Positions 1 to 13,047 of a stretch of DNA of 64,000 bases are shown one piece after another (positions within the stretch are counted from its first letter, which is position 1; every line of letters starts with the position of its first letter). The position numbers were made by a program, and so were the translations under genes. The DNA is from Octopus vulgaris (taxonomy: Eukaryota). Under the pieces are notes generated by a model. It ran no database searches. It was not told the origin of the DNA and was given only the letters and a program-made list of their open reading frames with translations. The stretch lies in NCBI GenBank assembly GCA_951406725.2, contig OX597820.1, forward strand, positions 19,778,001 through 19,842,000. The letters are read 5' to 3'.

Positions 1-188
1 AGTTCTGAATTAAAACCTTCCACGAAGCCTTAGTTATCACTCAGCAAATGTTAGGAACATAAATTGTGACTAAGTTATTTTACTAAATTCTTTGTTATAT
101 TTAAAATTAATTGAAAGAAACACAGATCATCTCAATAGAAATATGGTAACAAAAGGGTTAAAATATATAATAGAGAAACAGTTCTTAA

Positions 189-409
189 CCCTTTTGATAC
201 CAACCCAGCTGAAACCACCTCTGGCTTTGTAGTAGATGTGTCTCATTTTCAAAAGTTTTGAATTAAAATCTTCCACCAAACCTAAGTACCATTTTTGTTC
301 CTAACACTAGCTGAATGATAAGTAAGTTATTTTACTAAATTCTTTGTTATATTTAAAATTAACTGAAAGAAACACAGAGTATCTCAAAATAAATACAGTA
401 ACGAAAGGG
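189..409. mobile_element. piggyBac-like MITE (TTAA TSD); further copies at 1-157 (partial) and 60990-61197
   Basis: TTAA|CCCTTT...AAAGGG|TTAA termini; the 60990-61197 copy has perfect TIRs CCCTTTCGTTAC/GTAACGAAAGGG. Confidence 0.75.
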
Positions 410-1901
410 TTAAAGATCGTAGTAATGGAAGACATATTTGCTGGTGTATATGATGTATTCGTGTACAAGATACTCCCAGAGTCATCTTAACAGTATTGTA
501 GACCCCTGGGTGAATCAATGCACTGAGTCCTTTATTGACTCCATAAGTCACCGAAAATTGTGGTTTTTAAGAACCATATAAAAAACTGTTAAAAATGTTT
601 TGTGCATTGTAGTATTATAACCAAATTATTCTTTTCCTTTCTAGTCTAGGCACAAGGCCTGAAATTTTTGGGGAGGGGGCCAGTCAATTAGATCGACCCC
701 AGTACATGACCTAGAAAGGATGAAAGGCAAAGTTGACCTTGGCGGAATTTGAACTCAGACCATAAAGACAGATGAAATACCTATTTCTTTACTACCCACA
801 AGCGGCTAAACACAGAGAGGACAAACGGATTAAGTCGATTATATCGACCCCAGTGCGTAACTGGTACTTATTGAATCGACCCCGAAAGGATGAAAGGCAA
901 AGTCGAACTCAGCGGAATTTGAACTCAGAGCATAGCAGCAGACAAAATACCACTAAGCATTTCGCCCAGTGTGCTAACAATTCTGCTAGCTTGCTACCTC
1001 AGAGTATAACCAATTTATTGCACATAAACTTGAGCAACAAAATTCTATATGAACCCCCAGGGGCCATATGAACCCCAATTGAGAACCACTACTTTAGTAT
1101 GCCATGATTAGGACATGGCATCATCATTTAACAGCCATTGTCCATGCTGGTATGGGTTGGATGGTTTGACTAGGGCTGGCAAGCTGAGGGGCTGCACTTG
1201 ACTCCAGTCTGATTTGGCATGGTTTTCTACAGCTGGATACCCTTCCTAATGCTAATCACTCCGAGAGTGTAATGGGTGTTTTTACGTACCGCCAGTATCT
1301 GCCACAAATGCAATTTTGCTTGGCTTGAGGGATTTTCTTCTCAAACATGATATAATGCAAAAGGTCTCAGTCATTGCCTCTGCTAAGCCCACAATCATAA
1401 GGTCATAAGTTCAATTCCTGGTGATGCATTGTGTCCTTGAACAAGACACTTTATTTCATGTTGCTTCGTTCCATTCAGCTGGCAAAAATGAATCGTACTT
1501 GTATTTCAAAGGGTCGGCCTTGTCACATTTGTCATGTTGAATCTCCCTGAGAACTTATGTTAAGGGTATGTGTGTCAGTGGAGTGCTCAGCCACTTGCAT
1601 GTTAGAATCACAAGGTGGCTGTTCCATTGATTGAATCAACATTCGTCATCATAACTGATGGAGTGTCAGATCTAATAATCAAGCAGTCAAATATTGTTCT
1701 TCAATCACTTCTGATTCATTGTCACATTCAAACATCATCATCATTACACACTAATTGTAAGACATGTTAGAGTAGTTTTCTAAGAGAAAATATATGATTC
1801 TGTCCATGTTAATACAACACTGTGACAATATACTGTAATAAAGTACAAAAGCATAAATTTATCAAATATAAACTACATTACGGGGTTATTATATTTTAAC
1901 T

Positions 1902-2354
1902 TGTAGTGATGCCTGGTTTCAGACACCATTTTGGGATTTTCCTCCATGCATGCGCAGGAATTAGAGCCTTCCAGAAGGCCTGCTGGAAGCCCCTTATGCG
2001 CATACGAAGTCATCAGCAGCAGCTAGGTTTGACTGCCATTCCCTCTCTCTTCGGCCCCGGCTTCTGACCAGACAGGATGCAACTTAGACCAGCTCCATGG
2101 AGCTGGAATTCTGACAGCGAGCGACGTTGCGAGTCTGTGAAAATGCTTTTGTATTTTTGTATCTAACTACCAACCCTGCTGCTTCTCGCACACCAAGGCG
2201 TCCAGGCTGCCGATGTCCAGAGATGAAATGTTTATTCTGGCGAAATAAATTATAATTGTTATTTGTTCGGAGATTCTTGTTCCCGCTATTTTCCTTTCCA
2301 CGACTATGTAAGGAATAGTGAGGCACCCATCCAGTGCCAACCTAACTTCCTACA
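1902..2354. mobile_element. Solo LTR (probably Gypsy-type), 453 bp
   Basis: Termini TGTAG...CTACA, flanked by a 4-bp TSD AACT (1898-1901, 2355-2358); internal AATAAA (~2244); GC-richer than the flanks. Confidence 0.8.
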
Positions 2355-2371
2355 AACTTATCTTCTTTCAG

Positions 2372-2428
2372 ATCAGTGGTATTGTTGTATATATTTTGGT
2401 CAAGAGAATTGCCATGATGGATGTATAA
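2372..2428 (+). CDS. Candidate terminal coding exon of an upstream gene (frame 0: ISGIVVYILVKRIAMMDV*, tail-anchor-like); frame uncertain
   Basis: Strong acceptor ttatcttctttcag|ATC; the non-repetitive sequence downstream resembles a 3'UTR. Other frames also give short open peptides (SVVLLYIFWSRELP*; QWYCCIYFGQENCHDGC...), so identity is unknown. Confidence 0.35.
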   Translation: MSGIVVYILVKRIAMMDV

Positions 2429-3653
2429 TTTGTATTTCTGGCTCCAATGAGGTTTTGTATTACCGTGATTGTCCACCAAGATGATGTACTAAATCTATGG
2501 TTTTGCTGTCAGCCACGCACTGCAAATGGCTGACAGGCAAAAGAAAATTGAAAAAACTTCTTTTGTTTTTCTTGGAGAACTTTTCATTTAGATAACTAAA
2601 AAAACATGTTTCTTAAAGGTAACAAAACCATTAAATAATGTAAGACACAAATCTGGAGTGGGCTACGTATGCTGAAGAAGCAGGTATAATGAGATAATGA
2701 CCTTCACAAATAACTACCAGCATACTATAGGTAATTTTTTTGTGAATTTACTGAAACAAACTGGATATTTTTGCTTTGTTTTCAATGTTTTATTAATAGT
2801 AAGGCTGCAAGCTGGCAGAATCATTAGCATGATTGGCAAAATGCTTTGCAACATTTTGTCCATCTGAGTTAGCATTTCGCCCAGCGTGCTAACGTTTCTG
2901 CCAGCTCGCCGCCTTAATTAGTATTATAATTAGTGCTCCGCTCTCTTTCTAATGTAGTTTGCTCATTTACAGTTACGTAACTTATAATCTATTTTCTAAT
3001 CCGTAACTCCAGCACGATCGTCCTCCTTCTTTTTCTTATCAACTTCTGTATATTTTAGTAATTTACTTCGGCGGTGTACTTGCTTGGCAAGTGATTTAAT
3101 TGTGGTCTGAAATCGTGTGTTGAAACTAAAACAATTGTAGCTTGGAAAACTCACTATAGCCATTTTAAACTCACACAAAGTCTGCTAATTACAAATAATG
3201 TTAAATTGAAATTAACAGTGTTTGCGTGTTTTTGAATTGTTAATACGAGATTGTTCACGCTTTCTTCCAACCACTTAAGCATTTTTCAATTAATCAATAT
3301 TTCCAGATTAATATTTGTGGTTGGAAGAAAACGAAGAATATCCGTTATCACGCGTCTTCCATGCTGTACAAATATCATTTATAAAAGCCGTCTCCAATTT
3401 GCCAATTTTTCCAACCGATGTAAGGGAAATAATTCTAAATAAGTTAAACAATTGTCTCCCCTGATTATATTATTCCTTTGCAAGAAATTGTTATATGAAG
3501 ATTGAATTAACTTCGAATTAACAATTTGTATTTATTTCTCGTTTTCTTGACGATCATCATAGGTATCAAAATATTCCCGAGACGTTATGTAAGCAATCAA
3601 TTGGTGACACTCAGAATAGCCATTTTACATATGTTTGTACGTACGCAAAAAAA

Positions 3654-4048
3654 TCTCTCTCTATATAAAGCTGAAGTTGTCTGTGTGTGGTAGGTTTGGT
3701 AGCCTTCAACTAACACTATCTCCTCTGAGACCCTGCGGTACAAGTTGACTAAAATTGAGAGTATGATAGAAGAAGGCTTGCTCTTCCTTCCGTAGAAGAT
3801 AAAATTCAAATCGGACCATGTTAACACCAAAAATTATTTACATCAAAAAGGTGCTTTTTTTTTCTATGAAAATCCCTATTTTTTTACGATTCTTTGACTG
3901 CTGTGTCGCCACTTTTCGGTGTATTTTAACCAGAAAAATGTTCACTTAAAAAGAATAACAAGCTACATAATGCAAAATTTTTACTTTTCAAAAATTCCAA
4001 TTCTAAAGGGTCGAAACAAACCCGAGCAACGCCGGGCGATACTGCTAG
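3654..4048 (+). mobile_element. Non-autonomous Helitron
   Basis: 5' TC(TCTC)TATATAAAG start; 3' hairpin CCCGAGCAACGCCGGG followed by CTAG. Confidence 0.75.
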
Positions 4049-5491
4049 CATATATTTATTTATTTATTTATACGACCCCAGTGCGTAACTGGTACTTAAT
4101 TTATCGATCCCGAAAGGATGAAACGGTGCTGAGTTGTCAAACATTTAAGCCAAATTTTCTCAAAACAACTTGTCCGACCGTCCCATAGGCCTTCCCTTTG
4201 AGAAACACTGATTTAACCTAAATTTGAGACACCAGCAAAAGAAGAAATAAAGATAGACTTTTTCTCTATTCCAAAGAAAAACGAATTTATTCACACAAAT
4301 ATGTAACCGAAGAGTTTAAAGTACCAGTAATGATAAGGCTGTTGACTGGGAGAACACAAACATGGTTTAAACAGTAAGCTTGGCAGGAAAGAAACGTGCC
4401 TTTAAGCAGTACAAAAACAACAAGAAATGGAAGGTGCAGTTATGTACAGGTTGACGAAAGAAAAGCAGGGCAAAAATGGCTTTATCGATCACATTCTCAC
4501 CTGGAATCGATTTAAAAAATTTTTCAAGACTTACATACGCCCTAATACCGTCGGGATCTACATATCAAATTTGAGTGCAATCGGATGGAGGATGCCCGAG
4601 ATCCTAGAAGACACACACACACAGACAGAATGAATTTTATATAATAGATATGTGCGTGTAGTATGCATGGTAATGCGTATTTGTATGTTATGTATAGATG
4701 GATGGATGTGCGGGTGTATATGTATGTCTGCTTTATCTTTTACTTGCTTCATTGGACTACGGCCATTCTGGGGCACAGCTTTGAAGTGTTTTGTTGACAC
4801 AAATTGCCCCTAGAACTCATTACGTCTGGAACATATTCTATCGGTCTCATTTGACAAACGGCTAAGTTACAGGGACATAAACAAAACAACACTGGTTGTG
4901 AAGTGATGGTGGGAGAGAAAGACAGACAAATAAACACACACACACACAATATATATATATATTTGACGTAATATAATATAGTGTAACACTTACACACACA
5001 TATATGTAGGCGGAGGCGTGGCTGTGTTTCCTAACCACATGGTTCTAGACTCAGTCCCAAGGCGTGCTACATCGGGCGTCTTCTACTATAGCCTCGAGCT
5101 AATGAAAACCTTTTGAGTGGATTTAGTTGACAGAAACTGAAAGAAGCCTGTGGTGAGCGCATGAGTGCAAGTACCAGACCTTAGAAAAGTACTGAGGTCT
5201 ATTCAGTCGTCTAATATACTTCAAGATGGTGCCCCAGCATGGCCGCAGTCTAATGACTGATCCGAGTAAAAGGTAAAAGATAAGCGGTGCACGGCGTCTT
5301 AGTCAAGTTTCTTCTGTGACAACCTCTACTTCATCAATGCCTTGTTAGTGAATTTGATTGACGAATAATTGCGTGGAAACCCACCAAGTTGCTGCGCAGG
5401 GGAACTGAACCCAGAACGGCAAGGTTGCAAGTTTCTTAAACACACCTATAAATAAACAAATAAATAAATAAATGAATACGATATGATTTAA

Positions 5492-6131
5492 CCCCTTACC
5501 CGGCAGAAACGAATATATGCGTTTTGACCGAAATCGTTTTTTTTCTATCTCTGGCGAGTTAACTCGTCAAAAGATAGACTCGCCAAAATCGACAGCAAAC
5601 GAGTTCCTTTGTCTATTATAAACTCTTTTTTGACATATACGAGTATATTCGCTCACTTTATACGTCTGGCAGTGACGATTTCTGCCACCTTTCGCTTGAG
5701 TAAGGCATTGAAGACCGAGTATGATTTAGTCACCTGGAGACAGTCGAAGGGTTGGAAGGCACATTTTATGAATAGAAGTATTCACTTTGTTTTTATGTTG
5801 TTTTTTTTTTATACCTTTATATTATAACCCCACCATGTCGAGCTCTGATGATCATAGCGATTATGAAGCTTCTCTTGGAGGGTTGGATACATCTGATGAG
5901 AGTGAAAGTTCGTCAGAAGAGTTTTATTCAAGTGAAGAAACTGAAGATGAGGATGAGGTAGATGCAAAGCGGTTATTTAAAATCAATATTATTGAATTAA
6001 AATTCATAATAAATAAGGTTTGAAATATACCTTGAAATCACAGAGTAATTGAAAAACAGAGTAAAATAAAACAATTAAAAAATATGTCTGAAAAAATACA
6101 TTTATTTTCAAAATAATTGTTGGGTAAGGGG
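5492..6131 (+). mobile_element. Internally deleted piggyBac element retaining an acidic transposase N-terminus
   Basis: TTAA|CCCCTTACCC...GGGTAAGGGG|TTAA; CCACCATG start of MSSSDDHSDYEASLGGLDTSDESESSSEEFYSSEETEDEDEV, an acidic N-terminus typical of piggyBac transposases. Confidence 0.75.
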
Positions 6132-7057
6132 TTAATAAACCTGCTTTGTTCCTCGATTAGCCTTGAACTCTGCTTAGATATTCTCGAGAACAGAATTGTC
6201 ACTGTTGCAGTAACTAATTTTAAGTTGAATTCACCAGATCTTTTCTGTTGCCGTTACGGCTTTTGAAGAACTGAGGCACTAGAGTAGCTAGAGTGTCCGA
6301 CGCCCGGGATGGCTCTTCCCTTTGCCGCCCCTGGACCCCACAAAATGTGCCGTTCGGGGCGAACCGACCCCGCCCCACCACCAACAGCTAAGCTTTGCTC
6401 TGAGGAATGTACTGCTTTTCTTCCTTTACTCATGGGTCAAGGAACTGACTTCAGTCCGGTTTTGCGTTGACAAACTGGGAATGAGCCACTGCACAACTGT
6501 TGATGCAATGTGGGAGACATTCAATATCCAAGTAGCAATCTCAAAATCCTAGCTGTTCCCAGCAGAGCAGTTTTTTCGTCTTGCTCTGCTCTTGTGTGTC
6601 AATTCCGATTACTTTGACATATTTCTCGAGCTTGGTCCACATTCTTGCAATTTCGTCTTTTAGTTATTTATTATTATTATTATGAAGGGGCAGAATCGTT
6701 AACACGCCGGGCGAAATGCTTAGCGGTATTTCGTCTGCCGCTACGTTCTGAGTTCAAATTCCACCGAGGTCGACTTTGCCTTTTCTCCTTTCGGGGTTGA
6801 TAAATTAAGTACCAGTTAAGCAATTAATCCGTCTGTCTGTCCTTGTTTGTCTCCTCTGTGTTTAGCCCCTTGTGGGTAGTAAAGAAATAGGCATTTCGTC
6901 TGTCTTTACGTTCTGAGTTCAAATTCTGCTGAGGTCGACTTTGCCTTTCATCTTTACGGGGTCGATGAATTAAGTACCAGTTGCGTACTGGAGTCGATCT
7001 AATCAACTGCCTCCCACTCCCCCCGAAATTTCGGGCCTTGTACGTAGAGTAGAAAGG

Positions 7058-7089
<32 letters not shown>

Positions 7090-7417
7090 TAGTAGTAGTA
7101 GTATTAGTAATTGTTATTATTAATTATTTGGAAAATGAACGGGCTTTTGAAGTTCACGAGTTCTTACTATTATTATTTATAAAATACCTATTTCTTTATT
7201 ACCCACAAGGGGCTAAGCACAGAGGGGACAAACAAGGACAGACATAGGTATTAAGTCGATTACATCGACCCCAGTGCGTAACTGGTACTTAATTTATCAA
7301 CCCCGAAAGGATGAAAGCCAAAGTCGACCTCACAGCGTAACGGCAGACGAAATATCGCTAAGTATTTCGCTCGGCGTGCTAACATTTCTGCCAGCTCGCC
7401 GCCTTAAAGAGAGAAAG

Positions 7418-7537
7418 ACGTTTACAGCACCTAGGTTTCCCAAGCGGTCACCTATCTAAGTACTAACTAGGCTCGACTTTGCTTAACTTCGGTGATCGGA
7501 CGAGAACCGGTGTTTTCAAAGTGATATGGCCGTAAAC
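7418..7537 (-). rRNA. 5S rRNA: 5S rRNA gene (divergent, solitary copy)
   Basis: Minus strand reads GTTTACGGCCATATCACTTTGAAAACACCGGTTCTCGTCCGATCACCGAAGTTAAGCAAAGTCGAGCCTAGTTAGTACTTAGATAGGTGACCGCTTGGGAAACCTAGGTGCTGTAAAC; colinear with mollusc 5S; helices I, II and V fully paired. Confidence 0.9.
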
Positions 7538-7810
7538 AAATTTTATTTATAAAATATCTCAATGGACAATGTACTTAGTATGGCCTTATGTAAGGGATAC
7601 AACTCTATACTATAAACTAAACTACACAGGTAAAATAACTTGAAATCACGCTTATTATAACAAATAAATTCCTACAATCAAAGAAGCTCCTGAAACTGTA
7701 CAATTCACAGTAGCTTCTTCGGTACCTTGCTCATTTATTTTCTTCTTTTAGTTTTTCGTGTAACCTCACCTGATCTCGAATCAAGCAGAGCTAGATCAAC
7801 GTGTCGTTTC

Positions 7811-8580
7811 GAGCTGGCAGAAAAGTTAGAACGCCGAGCGAAATGCTTAGCGGTATTTCGTCTGCCGTTACATTCTGAGTTCAAATTCCGCCGAGGTCGA
7901 CTTCGCCTTTCATCTTTTCGGGGTCGATAAATTAAGTACCAGTTACGCACTGAGGTCGAGGTAATCGACTTAATACCTATGTCTGTCCTTGTTTGTCTCC
8001 TATGTGTTTAGCCCCTTGTGGGTAGTAAAGAAATAGGTATTTCGGCTGTCTTTACGTTCTGAGTTCAAATTCCGCTGAGGTCGACTTTGTCTTTCATCCT
8101 TTCGAGGTCGATTAAATAAGTACCAGTTACGCACTGGGTTCGATATAATCGACTTAATCCGTTTGTCTGTCCTTGTTTGTCCCCTCTGTGTTTAGCCCCT
8201 TGTGGGTAGTAAAGAAATAGGTATTTCGTCTGCCGCTACGTTCTGAGTTCAAATTCCGCCGAGGTCGACTTTGCCTTTCATCCTTTCGGGGTCGATTAAA
8301 TAAGTACCAGTTACACACTGGGGTCGATATAATCGACTTAATCCGTTTGTCTGTTCTTGTCTGTCCCCTCTGTGTGTAGCCCCTTGTGGGCAGTAAAGAA
8401 ATAAGAATCGTTAGCACAGTGAAAAAAATGCTTAGTGGCATTTCGTCTGTCTTTACATGCTGAGTTCAAATTCCACCGAGGTAGACTTTGCTGTTCATCC
8501 TTTCGGGGTTGTACTGAGGTCGACGTAATCGACTATCCCCCGCCAATCAAATCTCAGCTCTTGTGCCTATAGTAGAAAAG
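7811..8580 (+). mobile_element. Head-to-tail array of a SINE family with a GCCTTTCATCCTTTCGGGGTCGATAAATTAAGTACCAG central domain (Meta/Nin-like); other copies at ~640-999(-), 6690-7058, 7183-7406(-), 11368-11813, 21051-21442(-), 21952-22157, 53078-53311, 62003-62216
   Basis: Near-identical ~180-bp units with a B-box-like GAGTTCAAATTCC, the conserved central domain, and the tail TTGTCCCCTCTGTGTTTAGCCCCTTGTGGGTAGTAAAGAAATA. Confidence 0.85.
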
Positions 8581-9019
8581 ATTATTATTATTATTATTAA
8601 GGCAACAAATGGTACACCGGACGAAATGCTTACCAGCATTTCACCCATCTTTGTCTTCTGAGTTCAAATTCTGCCAAGGTCGACTTTAGCTTTCATCCTT
8701 TCAGGGTCGATAAAATAGGTATCAGTTACGCACTGGGGTCGATGTAATCGATTCATCGCCTCCCCCGAAATTGCTGGCCTTGTGGCAAAATTTAAAACTA
8801 TTATTTTGTTTAGTGCATCTAGAATTATATTGTGCAATGTGTTCATTTTCCACATATACGTGTGTGTGTGTGTGTATGTGTGTGTAAATGAGTGTGTAAG
8901 GTATAGAGTTTTTTCTTATGTGTCCGATATACAAAGTGAACTTGAAAGAGTATAAAAAGTGGGCACTGTCCCATTTACACTCATTTTCTATATCTGACAA
9001 AGAAACTGTTGAAAATTTC

Positions 9020-9449
9020 ACACACACACACACACGTATATATATACATACATATCACACACACACATGTATATATATATACATACATATCACACACACA
9101 CACACACACACACATGTATATATATATACATACATATCACACACACACACACACATGTATATATATATATATACAAACATACATATCACACACGATATAC
9201 ATATGTATACACACTTACAAGCATACATACATATACACAACACATATACATACATACACACCCACAACACATACATACATAGACACACACAACACATATA
9301 CATACACAACACATACGTATATACATACATACACACAACACATACGTATATACATACATACACACAACACATACAAATAGAATTATACATAAGTTCAACA
9401 CACGCATACATACACACATATACACACATACACACACACACACACACAC
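9020..9449. repeat. CA/TA-rich low-complexity tract
   Basis: Directly visible; source of the spurious His/Thr/Tyr ORFs. Confidence 0.95.
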
Positions 9450-11819
9450 TCCAAACAGTAGTTCACTGAGCACTAAAAACGAAATGAAATCTATATTCAA
9501 TTGCTGAGACTTAATGACCACAAGAAAATCTATATGGAGGTCCTTTCAGAAATGACCTGAAACAAATTGGTTGAAAGCCATCACTTCCAGCGCCAGAGTA
9601 AATAGGAAACATTTTGAATTTTGGCCACAACATCAAAGGCAGAATAAAAATCAAAAGCGATGCTAAATGTACCTAAGGAATCATAAATCAATCCTCATCA
9701 CCATCATCATCATCATCATCATCATTGTCGCTGCCACCCTTTCACGTCCAGTTTTCCAAGCTTGCATGGGTTAGAAGGAATTTTAACGAGGCAGATTTTC
9801 TATGGCCGGATGCCCTTCCTGTTTCCATGTGAGGTAAAATTTTTGCCCATCGACGACTGGAAATGAACAACATCGCTTGTGTGACGGTGATGCTCGTTTA
9901 CAACCAACGTACGATGTCAAAACATGGGCACCCCCCTACTCACACACACGTGCACACATGCTCTCTCTCACGCACATACACACACATTTATGATATATTA
10001 ATTGTCTATGAATCAGGAGTAAAAACACTCAATATAATAATTAGAATGGCAATATTTATATCACTTTGATCACTTTGACCGACCAGTCCGTCAAGCGTCC
10101 ATTTGACACCGCTGGTCACAGCACGCTGTCCACTCCGACGAAAAATGCTATTCTTTATGACGTACAACTTGTCAAGATGTTACCATTGGTCTCCCGATGG
10201 GTAATTGCCACTCAACATTGACATCTGTTCAGATATGCTAACAAGCCAGTATGTCTAAAGTGTTACATACCATTGCCAGGTGTTGTCTTCTTCTTCTAAT
10301 CAGGACTCACACCATTAGCCACAAAGAATAATCTCTAATTCGAGCCTACTCTAAGCTACTAAGAATGCGTGTGGCAACTTGAAGATCCACTCACCACACG
10401 CGATAGACTGGCGGTTGCACAGGCACGAAAGCTACGTTGTTATCCTCATTCCATAAACGGTGGAGAGCTGAACCATCCTGGGGTACAGAGGATTCGCTAT
10501 CTAGACTAGGGTCTGAAAGTTTATCACATCATAGTGGGTTATACCATGGTTTCTCTGCTTTGTGGCAGAAGTAGGAAGAAAGAGTGAGAAAGTTGTGGCG
10601 AAAGAGTACAGCGGGGGTTCACTCCCTGCAAGCCCTGCCCAAGCCACATGGAGCTTAGGTGTTTTTGCTCAATAAACACTCACAATGCCCGGTCTGGGAA
10701 TCGAAACCGCGTTCTTACGACCGCGAGACCACTGCCCTAACCACTGGGCCATTGCACCTCCACGCCAGGTGTTGTTGGATGACACAGCGGAGGGGAAATT
10801 CATTCTTAAAAATTCACATGATCTAGGTGCTTTCCTGAACTCAAAATGTGAAATTTTTTAATACAGCCCTCATGAAGGGAAATTTGTTTTGTTGCCATGG
10901 TCATATTTATTTTCGGACTTCAAAATAATTTCTACTGGAAGCACAAGGCCTCGAATTTGAGAAAAGGGATTGAGTAGATGTAATCAACCCCACTGCGTAA
11001 CTGGAACTTATTTAATCGACCCCCAATAAAGGATGAAAGGCAAAGTCAACCCCAGCGGAATTTGAACTCAGAACATAGCAGCAGACATCAAACTTTGAAA
11101 TAGCATATATACACACATACAGCTGACATGCTTCCCCCATTACTAACATCAATTGATGAGAAATAACTCTTCTTTTCTTAGAAAAATTTAATTTTTTCAG
11201 TAAGTTTTGTTTCGTTACTTTTTTACCAACATCAAATCACCAAGCATCTATATATATATATACCTCCAACATAAAAGTGGTTGTGTACTTTCTGACAATA
11301 TGTCTGAAGAGCTGTCGATATTACCTAAGTATTATGGTCTACACAAAACCGACAGTAGTATTCTGAAGGTGGCGAGCTGGCAGAAACGTTAGCACGCTGG
11401 GCGAAATGCTTAGTGGTATTTCGTCTGCCGTTACGTTCTGAGTTCAAATTCCACCGAGGTCGACTTTGCCTTTCATCCTTTCGGGGTCGATAAATTAAGT
11501 ACCAGTTATGCACTGGGGTCGATAAAATCGACTTAATACGTTTGTCTGTCCTTGTTTGTCCTCTCTGTGCTTAGTCCCTTGTGGGTAGTAAAGAAATAGG
11601 TATTTCGTCTGTACTTATGTTCTGAGTTCAAATTATGACGAGGTCGACTTTGCCTTTCATCCTTTTGGGGTCGATTAAATAAGTACCAGTTACGCACTGG
11701 GATCGATGTAATCGACTTGATCCGTTTGTCTGTCCTTGTTTGTCCCTTCTGTGTTTAGCCTCTTGTGGGTAGTAGAGAAATAGGTATTTCGTCTGCCGCT
11801 ACGTTCTGAGTTAAAAGGA

Positions 11820-12760
11820 AGGCAGTGGGGGCGATCTTCATGATGGATTCAGTTGATAGCCGGATCTATCTCACACGCGACAGTAGGTATTCGACATAAA
11901 CTCACAGGTCAGCAATGCTCAGGCATTGGAGTGCATGCAGGACCGTCTCATCATCCTGCGTGCATCTTGGATATGCTCGGCTGACAGCACATCCATGCCT
12001 GAAAAGTTCATCTCGAACAGACAAAGCTCTGGTAGCACTGCCAGACCAGAGATTTTTGGAAATTACCCATTGGTCCTGGCCTAAACGTTCTCCAGAAAAG
12101 TGCGACTAACTTATCTTCTTCGCTGCCCAAGGTCTCTCCAAGAATGTCGCACTTTTCCTCCACTAATCCTCTTTAAAATGCTAAAGTGGACGTGCCACCT
12201 ATCGTACTGTCTGATTGGCTGAGGGCTGTGAGTGCTTGGAGACATCCCACTTTCCAAAAGCTCTCCCTCAGTCTCTGTTTTACCCAGGACTTCAGATCTG
12301 TTAAGGAAACTAGTTGCATGTCTGGCGAACGGCAACCACACTTGTTCACTGTCAAGGAAGCACTGGAGACGTAGCCTCAGTGCATGTCTGCACATCATCA
12401 ACCAAGGCATACCCAGTCCACTACACAGCAGGTGCTGACAGAAGATAGACCGCCTGACTATTTGGACATGTCCCTTCAATAAGAAGCGGAAGAATATATA
12501 CTGCAGTGTAATCAGACGATGGCGAGGACAAGGCACGATGGTCAAGTGATAGTAGATGACGGATGTGATATACGCGTTAGCCACCTCTGCTTGACCTTTC
12601 AGGGCTAGCTTTCTCTCGGCCCGTTTCTGGGTGAGAGTTGTCACCATGCTCGTTACCTCGTCCAGTCTTTGTCCATCTGGAGGTCCAGACCGAACCAGAC
12701 CCCAAGCAATTTATCCAGTCCATCCATCCAACACCTAATGATGCAGTTGGATAGCATGGA
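11820..12760 (-). mobile_element. L1/Tx1-clade LINE ORF2 fragment (degenerate)
   Basis: RKLALKGQAEVANAYITSVIYY...SGLGMPWLMMCRHALRL resembles the post-RT region of L1/Tx1 ORF2; homologous to 27648-28742. Confidence 0.75.
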
Positions 12761-13047
12761 CTTGCATAATTGGATTATAATAATAATAATATTTTTTTAT
12801 TATAAATGATCTTGACATTCTTTTTACTTCACATAAAATATTCTTTACATTCTACTGTTGTTTTATTGCCATTTATTTACAAGTATTATACATTTTAGAG
12901 GTAAAATGTTTCTCCGGGAAAGAATTACGGTTTATAACATTGTGACTTATGGGAAATTGTTGCTCTGCATTATGAGTTATTGCTTTATGAGTGATCTCCA
13001 CTAGCAAGTTAACTTGTATACCGAGACATTACTATTATAATTATATA

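Noticed and set aside
1910-2150. Minus-strand frame ..PSCC-TGA-TGA.. suggesting selenocysteine or readthrough
   Set aside because: It lies inside the solo LTR; no start, splice or SECIS support.
2465-3178. Possible minus-strand gene start (ATG GCT ATA|gtgagt; HLQCVADSKTIDLVHHLGGQS)
   Set aside because: The exon phases could not be joined into a coherent, recognisable ORF.
8918-9521. Overlapping His/Thr/Tyr- and Cys/Val-rich ORFs
   Set aside because: CA/TA low-complexity DNA.
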